Made by a program: the position numbers and the translations under genes. A DNA stretch of 64,000 nucleotides, from positions 1-64,000 of IMG/VR virus record IMGVR_UViG_3300045918_000146. The stretch is one strand, 5' to 3'. The DNA is from a virus. This document shows, one piece after another, positions 49,257 through 60,010 of this stretch. Under the pieces are notes generated by a model. The model was not told the origin of the DNA. It did not search any database and saw nothing but the letters and a program-made list of their open reading frames with translations. Every line of letters begins with the position of its first letter. The first letter of the stretch is position 1.

Positions 49257-49368
49257 AAATAGTGCGTAATTAGTTGACTTACGCTAACCAAAATAATTGA
49301 CATACAATAACATTAGTGTTAATATATTATTATCAAATTTAACAGTAACTTTAAGAAAGGATTTTAAA

Positions 49369-50064
49369 ATGAAACTTAACGAGTTTTTGTCTGTGTCAAA
49401 TAGTCAAGTGTGCGGCGGCTCTGATTATTTATGGAATTGCTACCCAAATGCACGTTATATGGATATTGCCGATATCGATGGTGCCGAGATTGGATCTTGT
49501 GTGTTTAATACCAACACACAAGAAGTATACGAAGCAGAAGCCTATGTATATAACGACGATATTGCATTTAGGTGGCAAAATGCAGCGTATACTAATGCTT
49601 ATTTTGAAGAATCTAACAAAAGAGAATTAGATCCGGACAACGCATACGACGATGTACAATTTACAGATATTGATGATGAACAAGACTTCTTAGCTGTTTT
49701 ATTTAAAATCGTACATAAATCGTATGTACATACACATTATCACGACGTAGAGACAACGGATACATGTTGCGGGTCATGTACTGGTAAATGTGATAATTCA
49801 AAAAAGGATTCCAACGAAGCAGACGCTATCCCAGTAGTATTAAAAGACGTTACTAATTATACAAAATACGAAGTTAAGTTATCCGTTACACATCGTTTTA
49901 GTATTCTCGCATGTAATATGGAAGAAGCTCTTATTAAAGCTAGAACATTTACAAATAGTATGTCTCCTGCTAAAGATTGGGGTTCCAGAGTATGTTGGGA
50001 AGATAAATACATATCAAAAGAAGAAGTAGCTCGTACTTTAGCATACGATCATATTGAGGAATAA
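49369..50064 (+). CDS. hypothetical protein
   Basis: AAGGA RBS before ATG 49369; GGSDYLWNCYPNA; CCGSCTGKC. Confidence 0.75.
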   Translation: MKLNEFLSVSNSQVCGGSDYLWNCYPNARYMDIADIDGAEIGSCVFNTNTQEVYEAEAYVYNDDIAFRWQNAAYTNAYFEESNKRELDPDNAYDDVQFTDIDDEQDFLAVLFKIVHKSYVHTHYHDVETTDTCCGSCTGKCDNSKKDSNEADAIPVVLKDVTNYTKYEVKLSVTHRFSILACNMEEALIKARTFTNSMSPAKDWGSRVCWEDKYISKEEVARTLAYDHIEE

Positions 50065-50495
50065 GATATGGATAGGCGTAAAGGTCCATGTTCAACGTTA
50101 TTTTATATAATAATCGCTATAATTGGTCTAGTAGTTGCTTTAGCAGCAAGTTTTATTCGTAATGGGATAGTATGTAATTAACAAAACACGGAGATGAACA
50201 TTGGGGAATATTTTTATTCAAGTAATGGCAATGATTCAGTTTATCAGCGTCGTAGTAATATTATTAATATTTGTTAGGGGAAATAAGCGATGAATATAAA
50301 AGATGCAAGTAAGATACTAGGATTTGCAATAGTATTTATTTTGTTTATTGAACCGAGAATTATTGTATCCTCGTTTGCGTTAGATTAGCATGATACGAAA
50401 ATATACAAAACAACAAGCATTACGAGAATGCTACCTCAAATGAAAACGCAAATTTCTAATATGGCGTATATCAAAGAAATAATTACGAGGACATA

Positions 50496-50735
50496 ATGAA
50501 TACCTTTAAGGTTGATATTGTAGTTACTGGTTTAGCAGGATCAGGCAAGTCACGTATTGCACAACTTATTGCAAATACGTTACGAGAACACAAAGTTAGA
50601 GTATTAGTTAACCACGAAGACGGGGAAACTGAAGATATATATTCTGATGGATTAGCTAATAGTGTAAAAAACATTGCAAAACATTCAGTTGTTACTATAT
50701 CAGAACAATCCAAAATTCCTAGGAGAAGATCATGA
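50496..50735 (+). CDS. small P-loop-containing protein
   Basis: VTGLAGSGKS Walker A in only 79 aa. Confidence 0.6.
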   Translation: MNTFKVDIVVTGLAGSGKSRIAQLIANTLREHKVRVLVNHEDGETEDIYSDGLANSVKNIAKHSVVTISEQSKIPRRRS

Positions 50736-51193
50736 CTACAGAGACATTCTATAAAAAGATTGGTGGGAAATATATCCCGTGCAAATATTATGACGATGTT
50801 GTGATGAATGCTTTTCCAATGGGCGCTACGTTAGTAGTAGTCGACAAAAACACATCTAGTAGACGCTACGGTATTAGGCCAGAATTTGCTGCTACACTTG
50901 CGGCTTCAATAGTAATAGAAGATGCCATAACAAAAGTTATACACGATGCCAGTGCGGCTCGTCCAAAAACAACACCGGTTACACAGGAACAACGTGATGC
51001 ATGGGACAAGTGCGAAGAAGCATGGGGCGACGATAGATTTTATGTGGAATATCCAGCATCTGTTGATTCTGCTCATGCCGCGTCAAATGCATTATCAAAA
51101 GAAGTTGAAAAAATGATGTTAAACGAAACAGTGCGAGACGCATACCAGCAGTTTTTAATGGTCTACCAATTATCTAAGAAGCACGAATTATGA
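50732..51193 (+). CDS. hypothetical protein
   Basis: 153 aa; ends VRDAYQQFLMVYQL. Confidence 0.75.
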   Translation: MTTETFYKKIGGKYIPCKYYDDVVMNAFPMGATLVVVDKNTSSRRYGIRPEFAATLAASIVIEDAITKVIHDASAARPKTTPVTQEQRDAWDKCEEAWGDDRFYVEYPASVDSAHAASNALSKEVEKMMLNETVRDAYQQFLMVYQLSKKHEL

Positions 51194-51387
51194 GACGTTG
51201 TAATGGCGAAACTTGGCTATTAGGTACTACGTTCGCATACTTCTTTATCGGGTGCTTCGATCTTTTTGTATATAGATTCACTGATCCTGATTATATATTA
51301 GCTGCTTGGCTAGTAATACTCGGTTTGCCATTATGGATTAACCCGTTAGCACAATATTTAGGTATGAGAACATTTCGGGAGAAATAA
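51190..51387 (+). CDS. small two-TM membrane protein
   Basis: Two hydrophobic segments. Confidence 0.6.
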   Translation: MRRCNGETWLLGTTFAYFFIGCFDLFVYRFTDPDYILAAWLVILGLPLWINPLAQYLGMRTFREK

Positions 51388-51388
51388 T

Positions 51389-51892
51389 TTGAAAAAAGAA
51401 TATGACGAATATTTATGTAGCACTTACCCTAAGCTATATAAAAACAGGAACCTAACTCCTCAACAATCGTGCTTTAGCGTTGGATTTGAGATTGGGAATG
51501 GGTGGTACAACATCATTAAAGGGCTATCTTTATGTATACAGGGAACGATAGACGCTAACACCAAAGAAAGGTGGCGTATTCGTAAAGAGAAACGCTTATG
51601 GGAGAAAATGCCACACGATGATCAAGCTAAAAACCATTGGCTCAATAGAGTAATGCCAGAAAAAATTCCACAAGTAACTGTTGATCAAGTTAAAGAGAAA
51701 TTTGGAACTCTACGCTTTTATTATTCTGGCGGTAACGATGCAATAGAACACTTTGTAAGCTATGCCGATGTTATGAGTTCTCTTACGTGCGAGCGTTGTG
51801 GTGGTGTTGCAGAAACTGACTATAGTAAAAATTGGGTATCTACTATTTGTCCAGGTTGTAAAGATAAACGTCAAGAGGATTACAACTCATGA
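51389..51892 (+). CDS. hypothetical protein with C-terminal Zn ribbon
   Basis: [22 protein letters not shown]...CPGC. Confidence 0.75.
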   Translation: MKKEYDEYLCSTYPKLYKNRNLTPQQSCFSVGFEIGNGWYNIIKGLSLCIQGTIDANTKERWRIRKEKRLWEKMPHDDQAKNHWLNRVMPEKIPQVTVDQVKEKFGTLRFYYSGGNDAIEHFVSYADVMSSLTCERCGGVAETDYSKNWVSTICPGCKDKRQEDYNS

Positions 51893-52740
51893 AAGAATAT
51901 TTAGATTTATGTCAGCGAGTTATAAATGAGGGAGAATGGATAGAAAATACTCGAACAAAGAAGCGTTGCCTTACTGTCATTAATGCAGATTTAACCTACG
52001 ATATGACAAAAATAAAGTTACCAGTACTTACTACAAAGCAACTCTATTGGAAACCAGCTATTGCAGAAATGTTAGGTTATCTACGAGGTTATAATAGCGC
52101 AGCACAATTCCGATCTATTGGATGTAATACATGGAATGATAACGCAAACAAAAACGAAGCATGGTTGAACAATCCATATCGGTCTGGGTTGGACGATATG
52201 GGGCGTGTATACGGAGTACAAGGGCGTAGATGGGCGAGTCCAGAAGGTGCAATAATAGACCAACTTAAAAAAATCGTAAATGATTTAAGCAAAGGGATTG
52301 ACGATAGACGTGAGATATTAACGTTCTGGAATCCTGGAGAATCAGATAGAATGTGTTTGGCAGCATGTATGCATACACATACCTTCAGTATTCTCAATGG
52401 TAAATTATATTTAACAAGTTATCAAAGATCTGACGACTTACCACTTGGGCATGGATTCAACCAAGTTCAAGTAGCATGGTTACTAGCAATTATGGCACAA
52501 ATTACTGGGTTAGCACCAGGTAAAGCATACCATAAGATAGTAAATGCCCATATTTACGAAGATCAATTAGATTTAATGCGCGATATACAATTAACACGTA
52601 CACCATACGAGTTACCTACATTGGTCATAAACCCAGATATTAAGACACTAGAAGATTTAGAAACTTGGGTAACAGTTGACGATTTTGAGTTACACAATTA
52701 TATCCATCATCCTGCAATTAAATACCCATTCTCGGTGTAA
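51889..52740 (+). CDS. thyA: thymidylate synthase
   Basis: [21 protein letters not shown], catalytic Cys (AACMH), YQRS.D.PLG..FN, HIYEDQ. Confidence 0.95.
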   Translation: MKEYLDLCQRVINEGEWIENTRTKKRCLTVINADLTYDMTKIKLPVLTTKQLYWKPAIAEMLGYLRGYNSAAQFRSIGCNTWNDNANKNEAWLNNPYRSGLDDMGRVYGVQGRRWASPEGAIIDQLKKIVNDLSKGIDDRREILTFWNPGESDRMCLAACMHTHTFSILNGKLYLTSYQRSDDLPLGHGFNQVQVAWLLAIMAQITGLAPGKAYHKIVNAHIYEDQLDLMRDIQLTRTPYELPTLVINPDIKTLEDLETWVTVDDFELHNYIHHPAIKYPFSV

Positions 52741-52762
52741 TCTATACAAAGGAAAATTAGAA

Positions 52763-53026
52763 ATGTGCAAAGTTCGATATTTATTAAACGACGAAGAAAA
52801 AGCAATAGTAGATACGCATACGGGGAAATTGTCTAGACCAAGTTGCTATGATACATTGGCGCCATACCATTGTTACTTATATGGTTTAAAGGGACATAAA
52901 AAAGATGCTCAACACTTATTACGTGATATATTTAATGGTGAACAAGTCATCTCCAACATGATTAGAGATTCGCAACAATTAAATCAAGAAGGCTACATAT
53001 CAACACGCGAGGATAACGATGAATAA
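52763..53026 (+). CDS. hypothetical protein
   Basis: ATG 52763 after AAGGA. Confidence 0.55.
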   Translation: MCKVRYLLNDEEKAIVDTHTGKLSRPSCYDTLAPYHCYLYGLKGHKKDAQHLLRDIFNGEQVISNMIRDSQQLNQEGYISTREDNDE

Positions 53027-53651
53027 AACCAATATATTTGTACTATTACTAGTATCTACTGTATTATCAAGTTGTGCTTATGTTAATAACTTAAAGATGC
53101 CTAATAGAACATATGACCCCGTTGAGTATAATTACGCAATTCAGCTTACAGTAAATGCAACTCATGCCGTACATAGATGTAATGCTATGGAAACTACAGA
53201 ATTTGATAATTATGTACAAAAATTGAACTCAGACAGTTTTACGTTAGTTGAATATGTTAGTAATAAATCTAACGCTGGGCAAATTCTGCCAGAGGCAAAA
53301 CAATTACGTATGTTAGTTGAAGAATTTACAAGTAAAGATGCAAAAAGCGAAATGTATTGTAAGCATAAGTTAAGTAACATTCAAGCTGGTTCTAGAATAT
53401 TTGCAAGAGTAGATAATAACAATACTGGGGGTTTTAATTACTGTCAAGATGACCTAAAGAATAGGTATGTTTTATTTGAACAAAGTTTTAATAAACAACT
53501 AATAAGTCAAACTGAATTTAAAGAATTATCCGACGATTTACTTAAACTGAAAACAGTAGATACTAGAGGCTGTGTTATTCAAATACGTAACAAAATGCAA
53601 GAAGATATTAAATATATAGAAAAAGCATTATCAATAATTAAATTACTTTAA
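53019..53651 (+). CDS. lipoprotein
   Basis: Signal peptide with lipobox VLSSC; paired Cys. Confidence 0.75.
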   Translation: MNKTNIFVLLLVSTVLSSCAYVNNLKMPNRTYDPVEYNYAIQLTVNATHAVHRCNAMETTEFDNYVQKLNSDSFTLVEYVSNKSNAGQILPEAKQLRMLVEEFTSKDAKSEMYCKHKLSNIQAGSRIFARVDNNNTGGFNYCQDDLKNRYVLFEQSFNKQLISQTEFKELSDDLLKLKTVDTRGCVIQIRNKMQEDIKYIEKALSIIKLL

Positions 53652-53666
53652 AACATAAGGAGTGGT

Positions 53667-54029
53667 ATGGATACATTAGACTTAGAACATAATGAAATGG
53701 TTAAAGCTTTGGCAAAGCCTGGCGATGATATACTAGTGTCATTGACAGCTTCGCAGTGTCATTTATTACATATGGCTATTGGTGTTAGCGGAGAAGCGGG
53801 AGAGTTGATTGACGCCATAAAGAAAAATGCAATATATGAAAAGCCGCTCGATTTAGAAAACGTAATCGAAGAATTGGGGGATTTAGAATTTTATATGGCA
53901 GGTTTGAGACACGGGCTTGGTATCACTCGAGAGCAATGTCTTAACGCTAATATAGAAAAATTAGCAAAGCGTTACTCAGATAAAAAATATAGTAACGCAC
54001 AAGCACAAGATAGAGCAGATAAACAATAA
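53667..54029 (+). CDS. MazG-like NTP pyrophosphohydrolase
   Basis: GEAGELIDAIKK, EELGDLEFY, NIEKLAKRY. Confidence 0.9.
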   Translation: MDTLDLEHNEMVKALAKPGDDILVSLTASQCHLLHMAIGVSGEAGELIDAIKKNAIYEKPLDLENVIEELGDLEFYMAGLRHGLGITREQCLNANIEKLAKRYSDKKYSNAQAQDRADKQ

Positions 54030-54469
54030 TGAACATTAATGAGCCAGTAGAAATTGAAATCAACAATAAGAATCTTATTGTATCTATTACAGACGAAGAT
54101 GTTGCTAACGTAATTAAGAATCACAAACAAGCAACGTTAGATTCTATGTCTGATGCAATTGATCGTGTAAAGGTTGATACAATTAAAAACGACATGCTTG
54201 ATAAAATTCAAGATATGTTTAATAAACGTACTGAGGTAGATACAGTAAAAGTTCCTGAAGTTATACCTCCTCTTGAAGAAGCATTAATACGAGCATTGTA
54301 TACATTAAATGAAATTGTTATATATGCATCATATAATAGAACAGAAGACGTACAACGCGAAGCTAAGGAAGCGTTTGATGTTCTATGTGAACTAAAAACT
54401 AAACACGACAATCAAGTTAAAATGTGGGATGCACTTAAAAATACACCTAACGAAGAGGTAAAACCATGA
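54029..54469 (+). CDS. hypothetical protein
   Basis: 146 aa; KMWDALK near the C-terminus. Confidence 0.65.
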   Translation: MNINEPVEIEINNKNLIVSITDEDVANVIKNHKQATLDSMSDAIDRVKVDTIKNDMLDKIQDMFNKRTEVDTVKVPEVIPPLEEALIRALYTLNEIVIYASYNRTEDVQREAKEAFDVLCELKTKHDNQVKMWDALKNTPNEEVKP

Positions 54470-54708
54470 ATACTGACGGCATGAGTTATACGTTTATACT
54501 TAAAGATATAGATCCTTTGGAATCAGACCCTGATATTGCTGTTAGGAGAGAAATCAAGCATGTTGTTTCTAATGAGCAAACGTGGGACGAGTTATTATGT
54601 CACTTTGAGGAATGGCTAACAAGTTGCGGATACATCTTACCGGAAGGTCATCTAAAATTTGTTGAAGGAGAACAAACAATAACATGTATAACAGGACACC
54701 ATGAGTAA
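54466..54708 (+). CDS. hypothetical protein
   Basis: TWDELLCHFEEWLTSCGY. Confidence 0.65.
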   Translation: MNTDGMSYTFILKDIDPLESDPDIAVRREIKHVVSNEQTWDELLCHFEEWLTSCGYILPEGHLKFVEGEQTITCITGHHE

Positions 54709-55177
54709 CTTATATTCATTAAATCCAGAATTTGTCGTGTGTAGTAATGTGTCAAATTGTTATGTTCCTGCGGGTTCTTCAAATACAACAGGGTCTGTAC
54801 GTTATAATTTTAACTATCAAGCATTTGAGGTTGATAACGGGTGTTCATGGACAGTGTGTTATCCTACAGTGCAGAATATCTCATTAACTACGGAGGCCCA
54901 AAATATATTATATTGGGCACGCACCAAAATGGTAGAAGAAGCACGTGACGAACTATTATGTTCAACTAATCCAGAACTAAAATCTGCAAAAGAACAATAT
55001 GATGCTATTAGGTTGCTTGCTATTCGTAACGAAGAAGACAGATGTAAATATGTCGAAAAACTAAAAGTAGAACAAAGCTTCGTTAAATCGTTAACTACAG
55101 AGTTAGAAAAAGTCAAAGTTGAGTGTTTGGATGCTAAAAATAAACTTAATATGTGGGGCATATTAGCTACAGAATAA
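54701..55177 (+). CDS. hypothetical protein
   Basis: GSVRYN, NPELKSAKEQY, ends MWGILATE. Confidence 0.7.
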   Translation: MSNLYSLNPEFVVCSNVSNCYVPAGSSNTTGSVRYNFNYQAFEVDNGCSWTVCYPTVQNISLTTEAQNILYWARTKMVEEARDELLCSTNPELKSAKEQYDAIRLLAIRNEEDRCKYVEKLKVEQSFVKSLTTELEKVKVECLDAKNKLNMWGILATE

Positions 55178-55179
55178 CT

Positions 55180-55503
55180 ATGACATTTAATAATTTCGCA
55201 ACTTACATGGGACAACAATTTACTTATTGTATCTCAAAACCAACAAACCCAACTATAGGGATGTGTTATGTTGATTCTGTCGATTATATACCATACATAT
55301 TTACTGCGTCGGGCTGGACTACTTTATCTTCGGTATCAACGCATATACCTCCATTACCGTACAGTACAGTTAGTAATATAAGAGAAGAAGAGTTATGTAA
55401 GCAACATCCAGGCCTAGCAGATCTTAAAAAGGAATTAGACAAAGCAAAAGAAAGATTTGATATGTATAAGGAGTTATGCAATACATATTATGATATACGA
55501 TAG
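55180..55503 (+). CDS. hypothetical protein, paralog-like to the upstream gene
   Basis: EELCKQHPGL...AKERF. Confidence 0.65.
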   Translation: MTFNNFATYMGQQFTYCISKPTNPTIGMCYVDSVDYIPYIFTASGWTTLSSVSTHIPPLPYSTVSNIREEELCKQHPGLADLKKELDKAKERFDMYKELCNTYYDIR

Positions 55504-55527
55504 CACGCCTAAAAGGGGAAAGAATTT

Positions 55528-56007
55528 ATGAGTAACTTATTAGCAAAACCCATTGTTAAAAATAAATATTGGATTGTTGAACAAGATGGAGAACAAGTAG
55601 GCACACTACAGGCATCTCCATCCGGAATTTCATTTGTTAAAGGTAACGACCGGGAGAAGTTTGTGAGTATTAAATTATTAAGAACTAAGTATAATATTAC
55701 ATTTGCAAAAGAACAAAGATTAAAGAAAATTTCGGATATATCGTTTGATGTATATGGGTTTCCGTGTGATCATAAGCCGTTCAACGTGTTAATAGATATT
55801 ATTAAAAAAATACCAATTTATACAAAAGCTAATAGAAGTAAGAGTTTTTTTTGTGCTGGACATTATTTAGTTCATAATGGTGTTAATTACGCATACACAT
55901 TTTGTCCTAAATTAATAACACTAAATAGGTACGACTTCTTTGGACCTTTTCAAACAAAGGTTGCAACAAAATCATACGAAAAAACTCTAAAGAATATTAA
56001 AGTATGA
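55528..56007 (+). CDS. hypothetical protein
   Basis: AKPIVKNKYWIVE, SKSFFCAGHY, CPKLITLNRY. Confidence 0.75.
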   Translation: MSNLLAKPIVKNKYWIVEQDGEQVGTLQASPSGISFVKGNDREKFVSIKLLRTKYNITFAKEQRLKKISDISFDVYGFPCDHKPFNVLIDIIKKIPIYTKANRSKSFFCAGHYLVHNGVNYAYTFCPKLITLNRYDFFGPFQTKVATKSYEKTLKNIKV

Positions 56008-56130
56008 TATCTTCAACTGCTATATTTCTAACAGGTATGGTATGCGGTTATGCCTGGTATTCGGTTTGGGGAGTTATTTGCAAAATCTATACTAGTGCGT
56101 ATAACAAAACTTACGGAAAGCCTCCTACTT

Positions 56131-56349
56131 ATGACTTATAATATTACAGCATTTGCTGAAAAAGTTCGTGTAATGAACCAATCTAATAGTAAATCTCTTA
56201 CATTAAAAGCAGAAGAAGCACGTAACTTAGAATCGGATATATTAGAGTTATTAGCTAAATCTTTTGAATTATCCACTAAAATTATCGAATCTACGCTAAT
56301 ACAGTCACAAACACCATCTAACATAGAGGTCGATGGCGGTACATTTTAA
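56131..56349 (+). CDS. hypothetical protein
   Basis: Ends IEVDGGTF. Confidence 0.65.
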   Translation: MTYNITAFAEKVRVMNQSNSKSLTLKAEEARNLESDILELLAKSFELSTKIIESTLIQSQTPSNIEVDGGTF

Positions 56350-56436
56350 CGAAACGGCAACATTAAATATATAGTTAATTCTTATTTTCTTGCATAAAGG
56401 ATAAATAAAGTATAACTATATCGTAGGAGTATTAAA

Positions 56437-56724
56437 ATGAGTCGACCTAAACCACAAATTTTATTAGAGCACATTAATAAGACGACTTATGTCTCAGAAC
56501 AAGTTTTGGCCTCCGAAGGTGTTTGGGCTATATTATATGACAACAAACCTATAAATCTACGTACACAAAATATACTAGTTAGTTATCCTGGACCTAAATA
56601 TAAATCAAGTAGCTATGCAAATATTGGACATGCTATTAATCATTGTAAGAAATTAAACGCATTGTATAAAACTGATAAGTTTACTGTGGTTAAATTCTCT
56701 GAAAGCATCATAGTCTATCCATAA
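56437..56724 (+). CDS. hypothetical late protein
   Basis: ATAAATA at 56401, AGGAG RBS; MSRPKP...YPGPKY. Confidence 0.75.
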   Translation: MSRPKPQILLEHINKTTYVSEQVLASEGVWAILYDNKPINLRTQNILVSYPGPKYKSSSYANIGHAINHCKKLNALYKTDKFTVVKFSESIIVYP

Positions 56725-56727
56725 ATT

Positions 56728-57096
56728 ATGTTCGGTAAGAGAGAATTAACGGCTTTATTTCTTACTCAAGCAGGTATTGATACATCAGAGTTAAATATTA
56801 AAACTCATATGCAACAATTATGGGCAACTCCTTACAGTCCAATTGGTTATCGCCTTAGTTCAGAAGGTAACCATTTCTTACATGATATACTTAAACTTAA
56901 ACGCTATACATATAAAGTAAAAGTAGATACAACAAGAAGCTTAAAGTTATATTTACAACTTAACCAAAACATACAGTATCCATATTATCTTCAAGGGCAA
57001 AATAGCATTGTGCTATATGGCGAACAAGAAGCAATGATGATCGCTTTAATGGATGGAGATATCCAACAATATATGAATAACTTTTGTCGAAGCTAA
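56728..57096 (+). CDS. hypothetical protein
   Basis: 122 aa. Confidence 0.7.
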   Translation: MFGKRELTALFLTQAGIDTSELNIKTHMQQLWATPYSPIGYRLSSEGNHFLHDILKLKRYTYKVKVDTTRSLKLYLQLNQNIQYPYYLQGQNSIVLYGEQEAMMIALMDGDIQQYMNNFCRS

Positions 57097-57133
57097 TCAA
57101 ACAGTTACATACTTCTAAAAATCATAATATACC

Positions 57134-57162
57134 TTGACTTTTGGTTAAAATACATGTATAAT
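57134..57162 (+). promoter_or_regulatory. sigma70-type promoter
   Basis: TTGACT-17-TATAAT with TG. Confidence 0.8.
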
Positions 57163-57518
57163 GCATTTATTAAATAACATTACGGAGTAAGCTAAGATGG
57201 ACGCAGACAAAATAAATAAACTTGACAAGCAAGCCGGATGCTATCAAAATCAAAAATTTGACGGTACAAGTTTTTTATCAATAGGTGCAAGAAAACCCAC
57301 GTGATCTTTAGACGTGCGGCAGTTGACTGTACAGGAATGCAATAAAGTTTTAGATCGTGAACAATGGAATAAAGGCCAAGATTGGGTTTGCGAGGACGGC
57401 ACTAGAATTATTGCGAAGATTAACGAACACTTTGGAACAGGGGATTAAAGTGACACAGGAAAGATGTTTGACATTAATTTTTCCAAAGATGTAAAATAAT
57501 ACTAAATTAGGGGAACTG

Positions 57519-57719
57519 ATGAAAAAAGATACTATGCTAGTTAAAATGAACAAGAAAGCAATGATTGCACGTAAAAAGGCTTTAGCTCATGACATACGTA
57601 ATCTAAAAGACGATTATAGCGGAGTATTGCTAGAAGATTTGCCACAGGACGTGATAGACGAAGTAAATATTATGATGACAGAGTTAAAAGAACTACGCGA
57701 ACTATTAGGCAATGTTTAA
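57519..57719 (+). CDS. hypothetical protein
   Basis: AGGGG RBS, 66 aa. Confidence 0.6.
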   Translation: MKKDTMLVKMNKKAMIARKKALAHDIRNLKDDYSGVLLEDLPQDVIDEVNIMMTELKELRELLGNV

Positions 57720-57730
57720 CATGGTGGATT

Positions 57731-57938
57731 ATGCAGTTAGACTACACAGCTATCAATACAGACTGGTCTAAAAGAACCGAGGCTGTTAATTGGTGCAAAG
57801 ACACATTTGGAGAACCACAACAGCCTGTGGTATTTCCTAGAGGGTCAGGGCGCTGGTGTTTTAGCTTGAACGAATTTTCGGTTCAAAGATAACAAAGATG
57901 CCATCTTATTTGCATTGAGGTGTTATGATGGGCATTAG
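57731..57938 (+). pseudogene. frameshifted member of the F-x-D...F-x-L-R family
   Basis: WCKDTFG...GRWCF in one frame, FRFKDNKDAILFALR in another; shift at the TTTT run 57875-57878. Confidence 0.55.
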
Positions 57939-58221
57939 AGTTGATGTCTTACAAAAACATGAGATTTTCACATTATCAAGACATACTAATGTTAAAACAG
58001 ATAAGAAGCATTACAGTATTAAACTTACCGTTTGGAGTAATACTACGATACTAATAGAAACTCGAAATCTTATGGACCCATTTAGAAAATGTAAAAGTAT
58101 GTATTATATCACTACGTGGAAATTCAAAACACGAAAAGAAGCTGTACAGATGCTAACAATGACAACATTAAATGTTGTTGAAGTTACAACCTCAAGAAAG
58201 AGGCAAAACAATGTTAAATAG
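57925..58221 (+). CDS. hypothetical protein
   Basis: 98 aa. Confidence 0.55.
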   Translation: MMGIRVDVLQKHEIFTLSRHTNVKTDKKHYSIKLTVWSNTTILIETRNLMDPFRKCKSMYYITTWKFKTRKEAVQMLTMTTLNVVEVTTSRKRQNNVK

Positions 58222-58567
58222 TGATGATCAATCTCCAGCAAATAACTTTATTATAATGTTTTGCTGCGAAGGTTTAGAAAGTATAGTTCATGTAACCGAA
58301 CTAGAACACCAAAGAATATTAAATATTTTAGCTGGTAAACCTGCATCACAAACAGTACCCAGAATAGTACATTTTTTAGAACTACGAGCAAGATATAATC
58401 CTCAACGTTTCTATGAAATTTGGGCTATAAATGCAGTTGAAGGAATCACTACAGAAGATATTTCTGAAATGTTTGAGAACTGTCCACAAACTGCCGCTGA
58501 TACTATACGAGGAATTGGGACACTAATATTCGGCGAGAAAAGATCCAAAAAGAATGCCATAGTATGA
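58211..58567 (+). CDS. hypothetical protein
   Basis: CCEGLE, LRARYNPQRFYEIW. Confidence 0.75.
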   Translation: MLNSDDQSPANNFIIMFCCEGLESIVHVTELEHQRILNILAGKPASQTVPRIVHFLELRARYNPQRFYEIWAINAVEGITTEDISEMFENCPQTAADTIRGIGTLIFGEKRSKKNAIV

Positions 58568-59409
58568 TGTGGGCAGTATGTGATAATAGAAGTAACAAAA
58601 TAGTCGGCAAATATTGTTTAACAAGACATGCTATAGATTCCACATATGGAGTAAGTAAGAAAACGTTCACTATAGATAAGATTGATGTTAATAAGATCGA
58701 TGAATATAATGTGAAAAATTCTACAGACAAAGGATCCGGTATAACACAAATTATTGCATGGGAATGTAATTTAACCGGCGAAATATTTAAATCCAAAGAA
58801 AAATACAAGAGGCATTTGTGCGGAATCGCTTCAAAAAGAAGACAAGATAAGGTACTTATAGAACATGCACGCCAAAGAGATGTATTCTTCGCTACTATGC
58901 GAGAAACGTGTCGTTCTACAGACGATATCACGCAGTTTATTATTAATAACTGGACGAAATTTTGCAACAATGCAATTGACAACAGTTGGCAAGCTAATGC
59001 ATATACAAAACCCTACCCTACTTTAGAGGCAATTGAAATAAATGCTAGATGGAGGGAAAATGTAAGTAATTCTCATTGTTCTCCATTAACCGGTGTTACT
59101 AACTGGTCAGGAGAAGTTAAATCAGCACCCACATCATACTCTGGGTGGTATGGTAAAATCACGTATCAAACATCCGATACTAATACTTATGAATATGAAT
59201 TCGATAGCAAGATGTGGAAACACACTGGAATAAATACTGGTACTGGAGGTTATGCTGGGGGTTATTATTACGAGTTTAGCATATTTGAGGATGACTGGCC
59301 TGCTATGGCAGAGATTAACAACAAAGCACGAGTATGGAAACAGTTAAAGAATGATACCCGCAGTATTGAAGAGATAGCAAGAGACTTAATTAAGGAAGAA
59401 AATGAATAA
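58564..59409 (+). CDS. hypothetical protein
   Basis: SNSHCSP..GVTNW, SGWYG, GINTGTGG. Confidence 0.75.
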   Translation: MMWAVCDNRSNKIVGKYCLTRHAIDSTYGVSKKTFTIDKIDVNKIDEYNVKNSTDKGSGITQIIAWECNLTGEIFKSKEKYKRHLCGIASKRRQDKVLIEHARQRDVFFATMRETCRSTDDITQFIINNWTKFCNNAIDNSWQANAYTKPYPTLEAIEINARWRENVSNSHCSPLTGVTNWSGEVKSAPTSYSGWYGKITYQTSDTNTYEYEFDSKMWKHTGINTGTGGYAGGYYYEFSIFEDDWPAMAEINNKARVWKQLKNDTRSIEEIARDLIKEENE

Positions 59410-60004
59410 GAAAGGAAATAGACGAGAGTATTACTTTACATCAGATCTTCACCTGAGTCACAGAAATATTATCAAATACTCAAATAGACCGTTTGCCAAC
59501 GCCGCCGAAATGAATGAGGTTCTAATTAAAAATTGGAACAGTGTAGTCTCTCCAGATGACATAATTTATATACTAGGGGATGTAGCTTTTGAAAAAGATA
59601 TTGAAAAACTTGATTGGTATTTATCTAGACTTCAAGGAGAAAAACATATAGTTTGGGGTAATCACGACACCTTATTACAAAATAACATTCCTCTTCGTAA
59701 GAAACACTTCAAGACAACACATGACTTAGTAAGGATTTTTGTTCCTCCAGAATCCAATAATGACAAAGGTCAAGGTATTACATTATGTCATTATGCTATG
59801 CGCACCTGGCCTAGTTCGCATTGGGGGGAATTTGCGCTTCACGGGCATTCGCATGGTACATTACTAGATGATCCGAATCTATTAAGTGTAGACGTAGGGG
59901 TTGATTGTTGGAACTACACGCCAGTATCAATGAAACAGATCAATGAAGTAATGAGTAAGAAAACATTTAAACCTATAGATCACCCTGTTAATTCTAGAGA
60001 GTGA
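59402..60004 (+). CDS. calcineurin-like metallophosphoesterase
   Basis: TSDLHLSH, LGDV, GNHD, CHY, HGHSH, DVGVD. Confidence 0.92.
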   Translation: MNKKGNRREYYFTSDLHLSHRNIIKYSNRPFANAAEMNEVLIKNWNSVVSPDDIIYILGDVAFEKDIEKLDWYLSRLQGEKHIVWGNHDTLLQNNIPLRKKHFKTTHDLVRIFVPPESNNDKGQGITLCHYAMRTWPSSHWGEFALHGHSHGTLLDDPNLLSVDVGVDCWNYTPVSMKQINEVMSKKTFKPIDHPVNSRE

Positions 60005-60010
60005 TACTTA

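Noticed and set aside
49369-49400. MKLNEFL as another capsid-targeting peptide
   Set aside because: No late promoter and no following cleavage Glu; early-gene context
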